Part shown: in pieces, positions 53,035-64,000 of the stretch | How the letters are laid out: each line of letters begins with the position of its first letter | Numbering within the stretch: the first letter of the stretch is position 1 | From: Candidatus Marinacidobacterales bacterium | GTDB lineage: Bacteria; Acidobacteriota; Vicinamibacteria; Marinacidobacterales; SMYC01 | Length of the DNA: 64,000 nt | Assembly (NCBI GenBank): GCA_965237955.1 | Contig: OZ250169.1 | Location: 7,520,001-7,584,000 of the forward strand | Reading direction: 5' to 3' | The notes under the pieces: generated by a model | Databases searched by the model: none | Told to the model about the DNA's origin: nothing | Seen by the model: only the letters and a program-made list of their open reading frames with translations | Program-made: the position numbers and the translations under genes

Positions 53035-54984
53035 TCAAGGCTCCAATCGCTCGAAGCGGAGGCGGTCGACGGCCAGGAACGGGCGACCGGACGTATCCTC
53101 AGCGGGCACCAGTTCGAGCAAATTGATCCGTTGCCATCGGCCAGCATGGGCAGTGAAGGCATGCTCCTTCATCTCCGCCGCGGGAAAGAACCCACCGATA
53201 CGGGAGCCGTTCAGCCAGACTTCGATAGGGACCGGAGGCACCCCTTCGGGCACGGCACACTCGATATAGAAACGTATTGGCTCAGCGCGGTCGGTGGGAA
53301 CGAAAATTCCTGCGCCCGGGGCTTCCGCCCATCGCACCGCTCGCCGCCTGTCTCCCCAATCCTTGACACCGCTCCACCCATTGCCGATGAACGCCGCGTC
53401 TCTCACCCCGAGATCGATGACTCCCCCCAGATTCTGCATGCTATGGAAGAGATACTTGCCCACGAGGATGTCGTATTGGGTCTTGGGGCGATCGTAGCGG
53501 CTGGCGAAGAGCCAGTTCATCGGGAACGAGAACGGGTAACCCACGCCGTCGAAGACATCCTCGAGCCCGCCCTCTGCGGCCGCCTGCCACGAGATGGTGT
53601 CGTCCACGGGGATGCGTCCCTTGCGCGACTGCTCCATGAGGAGACCGTTCGCGGTGATGAACCCAAGGAGCACGGCGCCAACGACCGCTCGTGGGTAACG
53701 CCTGGCGAGCTCGACACCGAACGCGACGGCCGTGGCGAGGCCCAACGCGAGAATGGGCAACACCGAGTCGAAGCGCCGTGCGCCGAACGATCCACCGGCC
53801 CACCAATCCGACACCGAGCTATTGACATACGTCAGCAGCACGAGCAACAACACGAACGGGAGTCCTACTCTCGGATTCCGTCGTACGAAGCCGGGAAGCC
53901 CACAGACGGCGACGAGCAGAATCGGACTCCATGAGAACAAACCGTGGCGCGACGAGAACAACGTCTCCGTGAGGAAAGGATCCCCCCAGCGCACGTAGCC
54001 TATCCCCTGTGGCACTCCGACGTAGAAGCGGTCGAAGATAATCTTCCAACTCACGAGCTGGGGGAGGACAGCGGCGAACGCGGTGGCGCCGAACACCAGT
54101 ATCGGCGTCCATTCCTTTCGGCGGGCATGCGCGACGAGGTGCCACGCCGGCAGTAGACCGAAGACCGCGTTTTGCCAGCGGACGCACACGGCCGCGCCGA
54201 GAACGAGACCCAAGATAGCGTAGTCCCGTGAGGTTTTCGGACCGTCCACCCACCGATGCAAGAACAGAGCTACCAGTAGAAAGGTCAACGCGTGGGTATA
54301 GATGGCGTGGTAGGTCATGTACCAGCCAAGAAAACTCCCGAGACCTGTGGCCACGGTCGCGAGAAACGCGATCGCGGGCTCGAACCACCGGCGCAAGAAA
54401 CGGTCGAGCACGAGAAGTCCGAGCCAACCGAGCAGGAGGTTACCGAGCGCAACCGTATGCAAGTAGGGATCGGAGAATCCATCGTACGCCGTCTCGACCC
54501 CGTGGACGTTGGCGAGCCACGCGCTCGCGTGGCCGAGCCAGATGAAAGGCACCCACGCAAGCGGCGCACCGACCGGGAACGTGTAGCGAGGGAGGCCGGT
54601 CTCTCGGACCGGCTGCGAGCCCCGGCGCTCCTCCATACCGAGTCGTCGGTACTGGTTGCCGAGATCGATATCGAAGTCGACCGCGACCGAATGCGCGAAC
54701 GAGTAGTACCAGAGCCCGTCACCACGGAGCCGGTAGCCACGGAAGTGAAGCAGCGGCAACAACATCAACAGAAGCGCGACATAACCATAGAAGCGCCGAC
54801 GCCCCTCGTCCGGGATCGCGAGCGCCAACACCAGGACGAGAGCGATCGCAAGCCTGACCGCGAAGCCCGAACTCGAGGCGGGACCGAAGAGCGAGACGCC
54901 GCCGGTCACCACGACGAGGGCAAGGTCGAGAGCCGAAAAGCAAAGCAAAAAGAGGAGCACGTTCGCGAAACGCCGACGGTTCAT
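53035..54984 (-). CDS. GT-C membrane glycosyltransferase
   Basis: 'GDGLWYYSFAHS', 'LFSSRHGLFSWSP', 'WWAGGSFGARRF'; periplasmic C-terminal domain. Confidence 0.75.
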   Translation of the reverse strand: MNRRRFANVLLFLLCFSALDLALVVVTGGVSLFGPASSSGFAVRLAIALVLVLALAIPDEGRRRFYGYVALLLMLLPLLHFRGYRLRGDGLWYYSFAHSVAVDFDIDLGNQYRRLGMEERRGSQPVRETGLPRYTFPVGAPLAWVPFIWLGHASAWLANVHGVETAYDGFSDPYLHTVALGNLLLGWLGLLVLDRFLRRWFEPAIAFLATVATGLGSFLGWYMTYHAIYTHALTFLLVALFLHRWVDGPKTSRDYAILGLVLGAAVCVRWQNAVFGLLPAWHLVAHARRKEWTPILVFGATAFAAVLPQLVSWKIIFDRFYVGVPQGIGYVRWGDPFLTETLFSSRHGLFSWSPILLVAVCGLPGFVRRNPRVGLPFVLLLVLLTYVNSSVSDWWAGGSFGARRFDSVLPILALGLATAVAFGVELARRYPRAVVGAVLLGFITANGLLMEQSRKGRIPVDDTISWQAAAEGGLEDVFDGVGYPFSFPMNWLFASRYDRPKTQYDILVGKYLFHSMQNLGGVIDLGVRDAAFIGNGWSGVKDWGDRRRAVRWAEAPGAGIFVPTDRAEPIRFYIECAVPEGVPPVPIEVWLNGSRIGGFFPAAEMKEHAFTAHAGRWQRINLLELVPAEDTSGRPFLAVDRLRFERLEP

Positions 54985-55008
54985 GCCATTGTTATATGAT
55001 TCTCGAAC

Positions 55009-56847
55009 GTGTTCCTTCAACCACGACGCGTTTTTCTGCTCGCGCCACTGCTGTTCGTCGTCGCGTGCGCGCCCGACACGACCGAGCTGGAAACGACGTT
55101 TCGCTTCGCCGACCACGTGAACGGCTCGCCTTCGACCTTCACCCGCGCGGAGCTCCCATCACTGCGTGATGCCAGCTACCAGATGGGACGGGTGACGCTC
55201 CGCGGCGAGACGCGAGCGTCTTTGTCGGTGCCGGCAGCGACCCGCTCGAGCTTCGCCGTCGATGTTCCCGCGCACGGCGTGCTCAGGTTCGCCATCGCTG
55301 CTGCGACGCTGACGAAGCCTGCATTCCGGACACCGATCGCGTTCATGGTTAGGCTCGAGAGCGACGAGGGCGACGAGATCGTTTTCCGTGAGTCCATCGC
55401 GCGCTCCGAGCGCAACCGCTGGCACGATCGCGAAATCGATCTCGCCGCCTGGGGCGGACGAAAAGTCCAGGTTGCGTTCGAAACCGTCGCCTCGACGGAG
55501 GACCCCGACATCTTCCCTCTCTGGGGAAACCCGGTCCTCACGACTTCCGATGACCACCCGGGCCTGCCGAAGCTCATCCTGATCTCAATCGACTGCCTGA
55601 GGGCCGATCACGTTGGCGCCTACGGTTACCACCGGGCCACCACGCCGCACGTCGACAGGTTTGCAGATGACGGGGTCGTCTTCGAAACCGCCATCGCGAC
55701 GTCGGCGACGACTCTACCGACTCACATGTCGATGTTCACCGGTTTCACGCCGTCGGAGCACGGGGCGAGCAATCGACACATGTTGAGCGACGCGGTGCCT
55801 TACCTTCCCGAGCTACTCGCCTCCGCCGGGTTTCAGGTGGACGGCGTCGTCTCGGGGGCGTACCTCGCCCAAAACTTCGGCTTCGAGCGAGGCTTCCACT
55901 CCTATCGTTCGCTCCGACGTCCGCGGGCAGCTGAAACCGTCGATGCAGCGTTGAGCGTTTTGGACCGGGACCGAGGTCAAGCGCACTTCTTGTTCTTGCA
56001 CTTGATCGATGCTCACTGGCCGTACGAGCCTCCCCCGGAGTTCGAAGAGCACTTCGGACCGATCCGCGCCAACGTTCCCGCTATGCTAAAGAAGGTGCTC
56101 GAGCAGATACCGCCGGAGGATCCCGTCGAGATCGAGCAAGCGATCGATCTCTACGACGCCGAGATCGCCTATGCGGACCAGGAGCTCGGTCGCTTTTTCG
56201 ATGAGCTCGTGAAAAGAGATCTCTATGAGAACGCGTTCATCATCGTGACGGCGGATCACGGCGAAGCGTTTTACGAGCACGACAACTGGCAACACGGCTG
56301 GACCCTGTACGAGGAGATCGTGCACGTGCCGCTCATCATCAAATGGCCCGAGAGCTCGAGGCGAGGCCGAGTCGAATCTCTGGTGAGCCAGGTCGACCTC
56401 TTCGCGACGATCCTCGGGCGAGCCGGCATTGCACCTCCCCATGCGCGTGCCCGTGACCTGGAGCCATATGCGGACGGAGCGAGAGACATCGACGCACGGA
56501 GAGTGGCCATCAGCGAGTTCACTTCGAATCCCGCTCCGGGCAAGCGTGCCACGAAACACGTTTCCCTCCGAACGCGGGACACGAAGTACATCGGGACGTT
56601 TCGCACCGGCGAGGACGAGCTGAGTGTCGAAGAGATTGCACGGGATGAGCTGTACGATCTCGTCCGCGACCCCGACGAAATGCACAACATCATCCTCCAA
56701 GCGCCGCAACACCTGGAATCCTATCGTCGAAACCTGGGCGCGTACCTCGACGAGGCACGGATTTATCGTAGCTGGAAAGAGGGCGAAGTCATCATCGAGA
56801 ACGAATCGATCCGCGACAGGCTCAGAGCTCTCGGTTATCTGCAGTGA
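55009..56847 (+). CDS. Sulfatase-like lipoprotein (Thr-type)
   Basis: Lipobox VVAC; 'WGNPVL', 'IDCLRADH', 'ATTLPTHMSMFTG', 'DAHWPY', 'ADHGE'; ends 'LRALGYLQ'. Confidence 0.85.
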   Translation: MFLQPRRVFLLAPLLFVVACAPDTTELETTFRFADHVNGSPSTFTRAELPSLRDASYQMGRVTLRGETRASLSVPAATRSSFAVDVPAHGVLRFAIAAATLTKPAFRTPIAFMVRLESDEGDEIVFRESIARSERNRWHDREIDLAAWGGRKVQVAFETVASTEDPDIFPLWGNPVLTTSDDHPGLPKLILISIDCLRADHVGAYGYHRATTPHVDRFADDGVVFETAIATSATTLPTHMSMFTGFTPSEHGASNRHMLSDAVPYLPELLASAGFQVDGVVSGAYLAQNFGFERGFHSYRSLRRPRAAETVDAALSVLDRDRGQAHFLFLHLIDAHWPYEPPPEFEEHFGPIRANVPAMLKKVLEQIPPEDPVEIEQAIDLYDAEIAYADQELGRFFDELVKRDLYENAFIIVTADHGEAFYEHDNWQHGWTLYEEIVHVPLIIKWPESSRRGRVESLVSQVDLFATILGRAGIAPPHARARDLEPYADGARDIDARRVAISEFTSNPAPGKRATKHVSLRTRDTKYIGTFRTGEDELSVEEIARDELYDLVRDPDEMHNIILQAPQHLESYRRNLGAYLDEARIYRSWKEGEVIIENESIRDRLRALGYLQ

Positions 56848-57059
56848 TCGAAATGGCCGGAGTCTTGCGTGACCGGCGAGCGCAACTGTATGATTTCGCG
56901 GAATGTTACTCCATCCCGAGCCGCGAAAAAGCCGCCGTCGAGCCCGATGGGCCGGCTAAGGTCGTTCCGGCGCACGGCAGGCTCGGTCGCGTCCCTGAAG
57001 GATGAGCTCACGACTCCACGAAGGTTCCTGAGCGCAGAGGCTGACCCCAATGGGAGCCA

Positions 57060-59187
57060 CTATCCGGGTTCGTCAGATTCCCGAGGGCCGACGGAGACGC
57101 GATCCACGCGGACGCCCTGCGACGCAGGCTCGCCGGCCCGGGACCAGACCGGCGCATGGAGACGAATCACGATCGCTTCGCCCGGCTCTGTTTCGAAATC
57201 CAACTCGTAGGCACGGATCGTCCGGTCGAGCACGAAAGGCTGTACCCTGCCCCCGTTCACGCGGACTTCGACGTTCGGGCTCGGGAGGATCGATGGGTAC
57301 GGCGATCCCATCTCGATCACGAGCCGGTGACGGGACGCCGGGTACGTCGGGACCAGCCGAATCCAGGACGTGTCGCGGGTCCAGCGGTGAAAACCGGGAG
57401 GCGCCACGCCGGCCTCGCTCTTCTGCAACAAAGGCGATCGGGACTCGCGAAGCTTTGCTCGCTCATCGCCTCTCGGATGCATGAAGCCGCGCACCGCTCC
57501 ATAGTCTCCCCATCCGAGCTGAATCACGTCCGTTTGGGGAGGTGGAAGCTCGCGCCAAGCGATCTCCAACATGAGCCGCGGGTCGACGTTCCACGACGCA
57601 CGGTCGGCGCTTCGGATCGCGTCAGTGAGCTCGTCGAGCTCGTCGAGGTCGTCGTCCCGGCCCGCCTCTCGCAACAGCTGAGGCAAAACGACGCGGGGCG
57701 TCCAATTCAGAGAAGCGACTTCCTGCGCTCGTTGGTAAGCCTCGATCGCCTCCTCGGCCCGCCGCTCCCGCGCGAGCCAGTGACCGTAGTCGAGCCACGG
57801 TCGCGGCGAGCGCCCGGCGACATCGGCGGCCCGGCGGACCTCGCGACGCGCTTCGTCGATCGCCCCCTGCTCGACGAGCTCCGGTACGGAACGTAGCATC
57901 CACGAGCTCCGCGCGCCTCGAGCCGCCGGAGCCCAATAGGGATGTACGGTGATGAGTGCGACGACGACACCGAGCGATAGCCCCACGTAAGTCGCGACAC
58001 GTCGCCCCTCGGCGAACAGAACAAGAACGCCGCCTGCTGCTCCCGCGAACAAGAACGGGAAGAACACGTTCCGATAGCGAAGCTCGTTGTGGAAGAGCAC
58101 CACGACCATCAGCAGGTAGTAGCCAACCCACAAAAGCGTGAGCCGACGCGCCGGCGATGGACGGCCGGACAAAAGCCAGGGGAAGAACAACACCACGCCG
58201 GCAATCAGCGGAATATCGCCGAACAAAACGTGCGCTGGATGTCGCCATGCCGGTTCGGGGTAGTCGATACCGAGCCAACCGTGCAGGCCGTCGGGTCTCA
58301 GGAAGTGCCAGAAGTTCGTCGACACTTTCCTGGCGAAATGATCGGGACGCTCTCGAATGCCTCGAAGCGCGACGTCCACCGCGAGAGCTCGTCGGTTCGG
58401 CCCCGGTCCCAGCCTGCGGACTTCGGCTTTCATCGCCCGCCGCGGCTCGTTGTCGTTGTAGAGATTGAAGAACGAGACCGTCTCGATGAGAACCGGATCT
58501 CCGATCACGAAAATGTTGCGCGCCGTCCATGGCAGGATAACGACCGAACCACCGAGGCCTATGAAGACGGCGAACACCCAGTTGCGACGCGCTTCGTCGA
58601 GCGAGACATCACGCAGAAAGAGCCGCCACAAGAATACGATCGCGAAAAAGACCGAGGACACGGCGCGCGTCATCGCGGAGAGGCCGAGAACGACCCCGGC
58701 GCCGAAAGCTCTCCCGCGACCGGGTGCGTCCGATTCCCGTAGGAGCAGAACGCTCGCCACCATGAACAGCGCGGTGTGCAAGTTCTCCGTCAGCGTCCAG
58801 TTGAGTAGCTCGATCGAAGTCCAGAAAAATATGTAGACGACGCCCGCCAAAAAACCCCAGGGTCCTGCGAGCCGTCTTCCGAGGATCGCGACCGAGACTG
58901 CGACGATGGCATCCAGCACCGCGTGAATGATCCGAAACGTCAGCAGGTCGGCGCCGACGACTTCGAACAGCGCAGCGAGCACCAAGTAGTAAAGAGGCGC
59001 GACCGTCCAACTCTGCCATAAGCGCCACTCGTCACTGCCGAGAATGAACGCCAGAGGCTCGGGGTGCTCGATGATCCTGAGAGCGTTGTTGTAATAGCTG
59101 TAAGGGTGGCCGTACAGAATCGGTAGATCTTGAGCTACGAGAAGAACGATCCTGACGAGAAACGCTACAACAAACACGCTGGAAAGC
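57060..59187 (-). pseudogene. ArnT-like GT-C with TPR; 3' part of a gene broken by inversion
   Basis: 'APLYY', 'LTENL', 'PWTARN', 'ELRYR'. No native start; abuts the GT4 fragment on the opposite strand. Confidence 0.75.
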
Positions 59188-59649
59188 GTGGGCGGACTAC
59201 CGCCGGAGCCCGATCTCGACCGCGCGCAACAACTCGTCGAGAAGCTATCGCTCGCCGAGCGGGTCACGTTTCGAGGTTTCGTGCCAGTCCCCGAGCTCGA
59301 CGGTGAGCGACGCAAGGCTTCGATCTTCGTCATTCCCAACGTGGACTCGACGACGGCGCGGCTGTTTACTTCGCCTCTCAAGCTCTTCGAGGCCATGGCG
59401 TCCGGTCGGCCCATCGTTTCTTCCGATTTGCCTTCGATGCGCGAAGTTCTCACCCACGACGAGAACGCGCTTCTCGTGCCTCCTGGAGATTCGCACGCGC
59501 TCGCGGCGGCGATCGAGCGACTCCTCGCCGATGGTGAGCTCGGAGCACGTCTTGCGGCCAGGGCCTTCGAAGACGTGAAGGCCTACACCTGGGATCGCCG
59601 CGCCGAGGCTATCGAGACGTTTGCGAACGGGCTGGTCGGATGCAGCTGA
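59188..59649 (+). pseudogene. C-terminal half of a GT4 glycosyltransferase (inverted)
   Basis: 'VGGLPPEPD...TSPLKLFEAMASGRPIVSSDLP'. Confidence 0.85.
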
Positions 59650-60399
59650 CGTTTGTCGTTCTCGCGGTTCTGGCTTTGTTACCGCTGTTCCTTCCTGCAC
59701 GCAACAGAAGGGTGCGGATGAGCAAGCTCGCCGCGCTGGTCATTCTGCTGGCGCTGGCGGTCTTCGTTGTCCCGCCGCTCTTTTCGGGCTTTCAGAAGCT
59801 CCATGCGCCGCTTCGAGCTCGACTGGATGGTCGCGAGCTCGATTTTGGCTCACTGGGGCTCGAGGATCGGCGTGCCCTCAACCGGCTCGCGGGCCGCCGC
59901 CGCAATGTCGAGCTCGACATCACCGGCTTCCTCTACGCCCCTAGCAACGGGGAGTACGAGCTCGCGCTTTCCTGCGACGACCGGTGCTCGCTCACGCTCG
60001 ACGGAGAGGAAGTGCTGGCGACAGAGAGAAACGCGTCGACGCCGATCGAGCTCGAGCGCGGACTGCACGCGCTACAAATCGACTACGCTCAGAGCGGTGG
60101 GCCGGCCCACTTGAGCCTCGCCTGGTCACGCCCCGGCATCCTGAATCTGCTGCCGTTGCCTCAATTCGTGGTCGGGCGGGCCGAGGCATGGACGGCGTGG
60201 ACGCTCACACTCAAAAGGCTGAAGCTCGTCGCCGTTGTAATAGGAGCCCTTCTCGTCTATGGGGGGCTCTTCTGCGTGTGGGTGACGACAGCTCCGGCGC
60301 TACGGCGGGAGCTGGTCCGAGCCTGGCGTCTGTGGTGGGAAGCGTCGCTTCGAACCATCAAAAAACCAGTCGCGATCCCTCGCGCCGAGCTCGTCAAGC
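59640..60399 (+). pseudogene. 5' part (PA14-domain membrane segment) of the GT-C gene broken by inversion
   Basis: 'TGFLYAP..GEY..ALSCDD...L.LDG...LERGLH..I.Y.Q.GG...L.L.W' matches PA14; ends at the breakpoint 'AELVK'. Confidence 0.7.
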
Positions 60400-61107
60400 G
60401 ACGACGAGCTCGGCGCCATCGATTTCCGCCATCGCTCGGATCAGAACGTCGATGCCTTTCCATGGATAGAGCTGACCGATGTAGAAGACTTTCGCGCCGG
60501 TATCACCGTCAACGGGGGTAATGGGGGGAGGTATCGTGTCCACCGAGCGGCAGCCATCGGCGATGACGAGAGAGCTCGTGCCTTCGCCATGTCGTTTTTC
60601 TAGCGCATCCAAGAGCGCGGCGGTAATCGCAACCGTGCCTGAGGCTTTTCGCCACACGCGACGTTCGCGCGCATCGAGTCTCCGGAGCTTCGTCGCCGAC
60701 GGCGGGTCGCGTCCCTCGTACATCTGGGCCCGTTCTTCCGCGAACACCGCGGCGACGGTGTGCGCTTCATAGACGATGGTGGCGTCCGCGATCTTCAACG
60801 CGAGATCGGCGAGCACGAGATCGCGCGTGTAGACAACGTCTCTCCGGTCCGAGCGGAGAAGAAGCGTCAAAGCGTACGCGAGAAACCCGAGACGCCCCGG
60901 TAGAAGAACGCGCCGCAAGCGGAGATTCTTCACCGGGGCAAGACCATAAAACGCGAGACACGCTTCATCGGAGCGCGCGTCCGAGCGACGCACGGCGAGC
61001 TCGACCTCGACGCCGCGCCGCGCCAGTGCGTGGCAGGTTTCGATGGTCTGGATCCCGTTGGCCCGCTCCATCGGAAAGCGAATGTCGGCGAGATACAGGA
61101 GTCTCAT
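60400..61107 (-). pseudogene. N-terminal half of the GT4 glycosyltransferase
   Basis: 'MRLLYLADIRFPMERANGIQ', 'YEAH', 'YIGQLYPWKGIDVL'; ends 'AELVV' at the breakpoint. Confidence 0.85.
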
Positions 61108-62756
61108 GAGCCGTCCACGATCTCGTACACGACGTCGTTTCCGATACGAATGCGCACCGGCATTTTCTCGCGGTAGCGGAACATCTCGGCTTCGAGATGG
61201 CGCCGTCGCGGTTGCGGGATCCGGTCGTAGTGGATGATGACGTAGCGAACCGGCGCGCGCTCGAGGAGATAGCGCAAGATGCGCGACGTCGGAAAGTGAC
61301 GTAGGCGCCCGACGAGCTCCCAGTAGTCGTTCGGCCACCAGCCGCTGAAGCCATTGACGAGCGGCTTCCAGTGGACCGTCGAGTAGTACATATAGAGAGA
61401 CTCTTCGATGATCTCTTCACTTTCGTGGATGGGAAGCGTCAGGATGGCCCCTTCCGATGCGATCTTCCCGAGCTCCTCATAGATCGCTGGAACGGCTGGC
61501 GCTTCCGGCATCGCACGAGCTAGTGAGTAGGTTGAGTAGTCGAAGAGCATGAGCGCGACAACGCCTGCACCTACCCAAGCTCGTCGGCGCCGAACGAGCG
61601 ACAACACGCCGGAAACACCGTAGCCCACGAGAACCGAGCCGCCTATTAGTGCTAGCACCGAAATGCGCGCCGGCACCCGCATACCCGCGAACCCCGGCAC
61701 GTGCCGATAGAAGAACCGGTAGGGCATGGGAGCTCCGGAAGCGGTCTCCGGCCCGAGCGACAACACAACGGCTAGAGCGGTAAGGACGGTACAAAAGATC
61801 CAGAAAACACGACGCGTGGGCTCGCGCCCCCGGCCCCAATAGATACCGAGCGCGGCGAGAACCATCGCCATGAACCCCGGATAGAGCGCCTTCTCCGATC
61901 GCAGCTGGGGAGGCAGCAACCTTACGTGAGGCGCTTTGTTGTAGGCGCTCGGCCGGAAGTAATCCGATGGCGCGGCGGAGAACTGAACCACGTCTTCATA
62001 ACGCCGGTAGAAACCACGATCGCGATTGCGCTGGTACGGAAGGAGGAACGGTAGCGCAACGATGAAGACGGTGAGTGCGCCGAATGCGAGCTCGACGATG
62101 CGGCGCCCGTTCAGAAGCGAGCGTCCAAGAGCAAGAAGAACAACACCGAAAACGACGACCGCGAATGTCAGGTACACCGCATAGTAGTTACACGAAAGAA
62201 CCTGAAGCAGAGAGAACAAAACCACGCCGGCGAGCCAGCGGCGCCCGCCGTTTTCGAGATAGCGAACGAGACACCAGAACACGAACGGGAACCACTGGAA
62301 GGTGAGGAGCTGAACGTGGAACAAATGCAAGAACCGGTACGGCGCAGCAAGAAACACGGTTCCCGCGGCGAGCGCGGCCCAACCGTTGTCGGTGAGCTCA
62401 CGCACCAGCAGATACATGCCGAGGCCGGATAGCGCGAACGAAAGCACGACGGCGACGTTATAGGCGAGAACGAGATTCTCTGTCGCGACATAGAACGGCC
62501 AAACGACGGCCGCGATGCCGAAGAGGTGCTCGGAGTAAGCGAGCGTGTCCGGCCGCGGTGAGAAGATGTTTGCATCGAATAGCGAAAGCGGAGCCTCGGG
62601 CAAGATGTGAAAGTTCCACCCGAGGGCCCAGTAGTTCAAGAGCGAGTCCGGGCTTGCGCTCAATGCGGTCGTGAGACGCGCCGCGAGAGGCCACGTTAGC
62701 CAGAGGGTAGTCGCGAAAAAATAAGCGGCGGCGCACCAAGAGCTCTTCGTGCTCAT
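61104..62756 (-). CDS. GT-C (YfhO-like) membrane glycosyltransferase
   Basis: 'DSLLNYWALGW', 'FDANIF.P...TLAYSEHL', 'MRVPAR', 'YSTVHWKPLVNGFSG'. Confidence 0.78.
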   Translation of the reverse strand: MSTKSSWCAAAYFFATTLWLTWPLAARLTTALSASPDSLLNYWALGWNFHILPEAPLSLFDANIFSPRPDTLAYSEHLFGIAAVVWPFYVATENLVLAYNVAVVLSFALSGLGMYLLVRELTDNGWAALAAGTVFLAAPYRFLHLFHVQLLTFQWFPFVFWCLVRYLENGGRRWLAGVVLFSLLQVLSCNYYAVYLTFAVVVFGVVLLALGRSLLNGRRIVELAFGALTVFIVALPFLLPYQRNRDRGFYRRYEDVVQFSAAPSDYFRPSAYNKAPHVRLLPPQLRSEKALYPGFMAMVLAALGIYWGRGREPTRRVFWIFCTVLTALAVVLSLGPETASGAPMPYRFFYRHVPGFAGMRVPARISVLALIGGSVLVGYGVSGVLSLVRRRRAWVGAGVVALMLFDYSTYSLARAMPEAPAVPAIYEELGKIASEGAILTLPIHESEEIIEESLYMYYSTVHWKPLVNGFSGWWPNDYWELVGRLRHFPTSRILRYLLERAPVRYVIIHYDRIPQPRRRHLEAEMFRYREKMPVRIRIGNDVVYEIVDGS

Positions 62757-62799
62757 TCGGCGACCATCATATCGGAAGGCGGTAGAATGAGGCGCGCTC

Positions 62800-64000
62800 A
62801 TGAAGAGGCTTCGCGTCCTTGTCGTTGTTGCCGTTCTTGCGCTGGGGTTTGCGCTTCAAATCTATTTCTCGAGCTCTTACCCGCAGCCGATCCTGTTCGG
62901 CGACCCGGGCGCCTACTACGTCGTCGGCCAAAAACTCCAACAAGCCGTCGAGCGTCTGAGAGCGGGCGACGACATCGCGACCGTCTACGAATCCGTGCGC
63001 GGCGTTCTCTATTTCGCCGGAGTCGGGTCGGTCTATGGCATTATCGACTCACTGTCGCCGCAGAATATTCCCTACTTCCGGGCCGTGCTGAGTGTCTTCA
63101 ACACGCTCGCGATGCTCGGTTGTTTCTACCTGGCGCGACGCCTGGCGGGCTCTTACTGGGGTGGCCTCACGGCGCTGGTCCTTGCCGCCATATACCCGCC
63201 GTTCTCGGTTCAAACGGGATGCCTGTTTCCCGACCCGATCACCGGATGCCTGTTCGTATGGTCGGCGTACTTCTACTTGCGAGGTATCCAGGATCGCAGC
63301 AACGGTTTCATGGTCGCCTCTGGTCTCGCTCTCACCGGAGCCCTTTTCATTCGCTCACAACTCTTCAACTACGTCATCGTCTTGTTGCTGATCACGGTCG
63401 CGGCCACCGCCTTGTGGTGGTGGCGCGATCAGAGGAGGCTCGTCGCCGCGCTACTAATAGGCTCTTTGCCGTTCACGATGCTCTGGCTCGGCATCGTCCG
63501 CTCGGTAGGCGACGACGTCGAAGAGATCGAAGCGTTCGGCAACTTCACGTTCAAAAAGCAATATCCGTACGGCTTCTGGCAGTTTCTCGATTCGGACGGG
63601 TGGATGGGCCCCTACCGTCTCCGCCAAGAGCCGTACTACCGCGCGATGGAGGCGAAGGCAGAAGACGATCCGGGGCTTCTCGAGTCGTATCCGCGTCAAC
63701 TCGCTTTCACGGCGCGATACGTTGTCTCGCGGCCCACCGAATCGATCGCGGTTGTCCTCGACAACGTGTTGCGCCTTTATGATCGGCCCGCGAACGATTA
63801 CAAGTGGGACTACCCGTTCAGCTACTCCACACAAGTGATCTACCAGAGACTACTCGTCGTGCTCTCGGTGGTCGGCTTCGTCGTCGTGACATCGCGTCAC
63901 CCGAGCCGCGTTTTCGTGTTCTTCGTACCCGCGTGCCTGGCGCTTCTCCACGGGCTCAGCTATCCGTGGCCGCGCTTCAACCAGCCTGCGATGCCGATTC
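62800..64000 (+). CDS. GT-C-like membrane protein (3' partial)
   Basis: Open frame from ATG 62800 to the window end: 'MKRLRVLVV...FGDPGAYY...LARRLAG..GG..ALVLAAIYPPF...FPDP'. Confidence 0.7.
   Translation, partial: MKRLRVLVVVAVLALGFALQIYFSSSYPQPILFGDPGAYYVVGQKLQQAVERLRAGDDIATVYESVRGVLYFAGVGSVYGIIDSLSPQNIPYFRAVLSVFNTLAMLGCFYLARRLAGSYWGGLTALVLAAIYPPFSVQTGCLFPDPITGCLFVWSAYFYLRGIQDRSNGFMVASGLALTGALFIRSQLFNYVIVLLLITVAATALWWWRDQRRLVAALLIGSLPFTMLWLGIVRSVGDDVEEIEAFGNFTFKKQYPYGFWQFLDSDGWMGPYRLRQEPYYRAMEAKAEDDPGLLESYPRQLAFTARYVVSRPTESIAVVLDNVLRLYDRPANDYKWDYPFSYSTQVIYQRLLVVLSVVGFVVVTSRHPSRVFVFFVPACLALLHGLSYPWPRFNQPAMPI

Noticed and set aside
56848-57059. Possible sRNA or small ORF between convergent genes
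   Set aside because: No recognisable structure, SD or protein motif.

Overview
GC-rich bacterial window. Gene content (Oar-type TonB receptor, TPR/ASPIC-UnbV relics, many GT-C proteins) suggests Acidobacteriota, possibly Vicinamibacteria; this is inference. It has three parts. (1) An intact housekeeping core: ybbP/ybbA/tesA-like ABC module, metF, arsC, pxpA plus fused pxpBC, ribosomal THX, ispG, aminotransferase, gltA, SDR and fdhD. (2) An extended cell-envelope glycan system at about 0.8-9 kb and 35-64 kb: about ten GT-C-type membrane glycosyltransferases, two GT2, one GT4, an arylsulfotransferase, a Tat-signal FkbM methyltransferase and four lipoprotein 'sulfatases' whose catalytic motif is T-x-P-x-[HT] instead of C/S-x-P-x-R. 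(3) Heavy, localised decay: IS256, IS3, two near-identical IS630 copies, ISAzo13/IS91/serine-recombinase relics, deletions, a nonsense codon and a 1.2-kb inversion splitting two genes. Best novelty candidates are an orphan, very divergent MreB paralog with degenerate ATP-binding motifs and the GT-C plus Thr-nucleophile sulfatase-like plus ASST glycan-decoration system. Also notable are widespread leaderless-type promoters and a probable ATT start for fdhD. No rRNA, tRNA or CRISPR array was seen. All family calls come from motif recognition by eye, not database searches.
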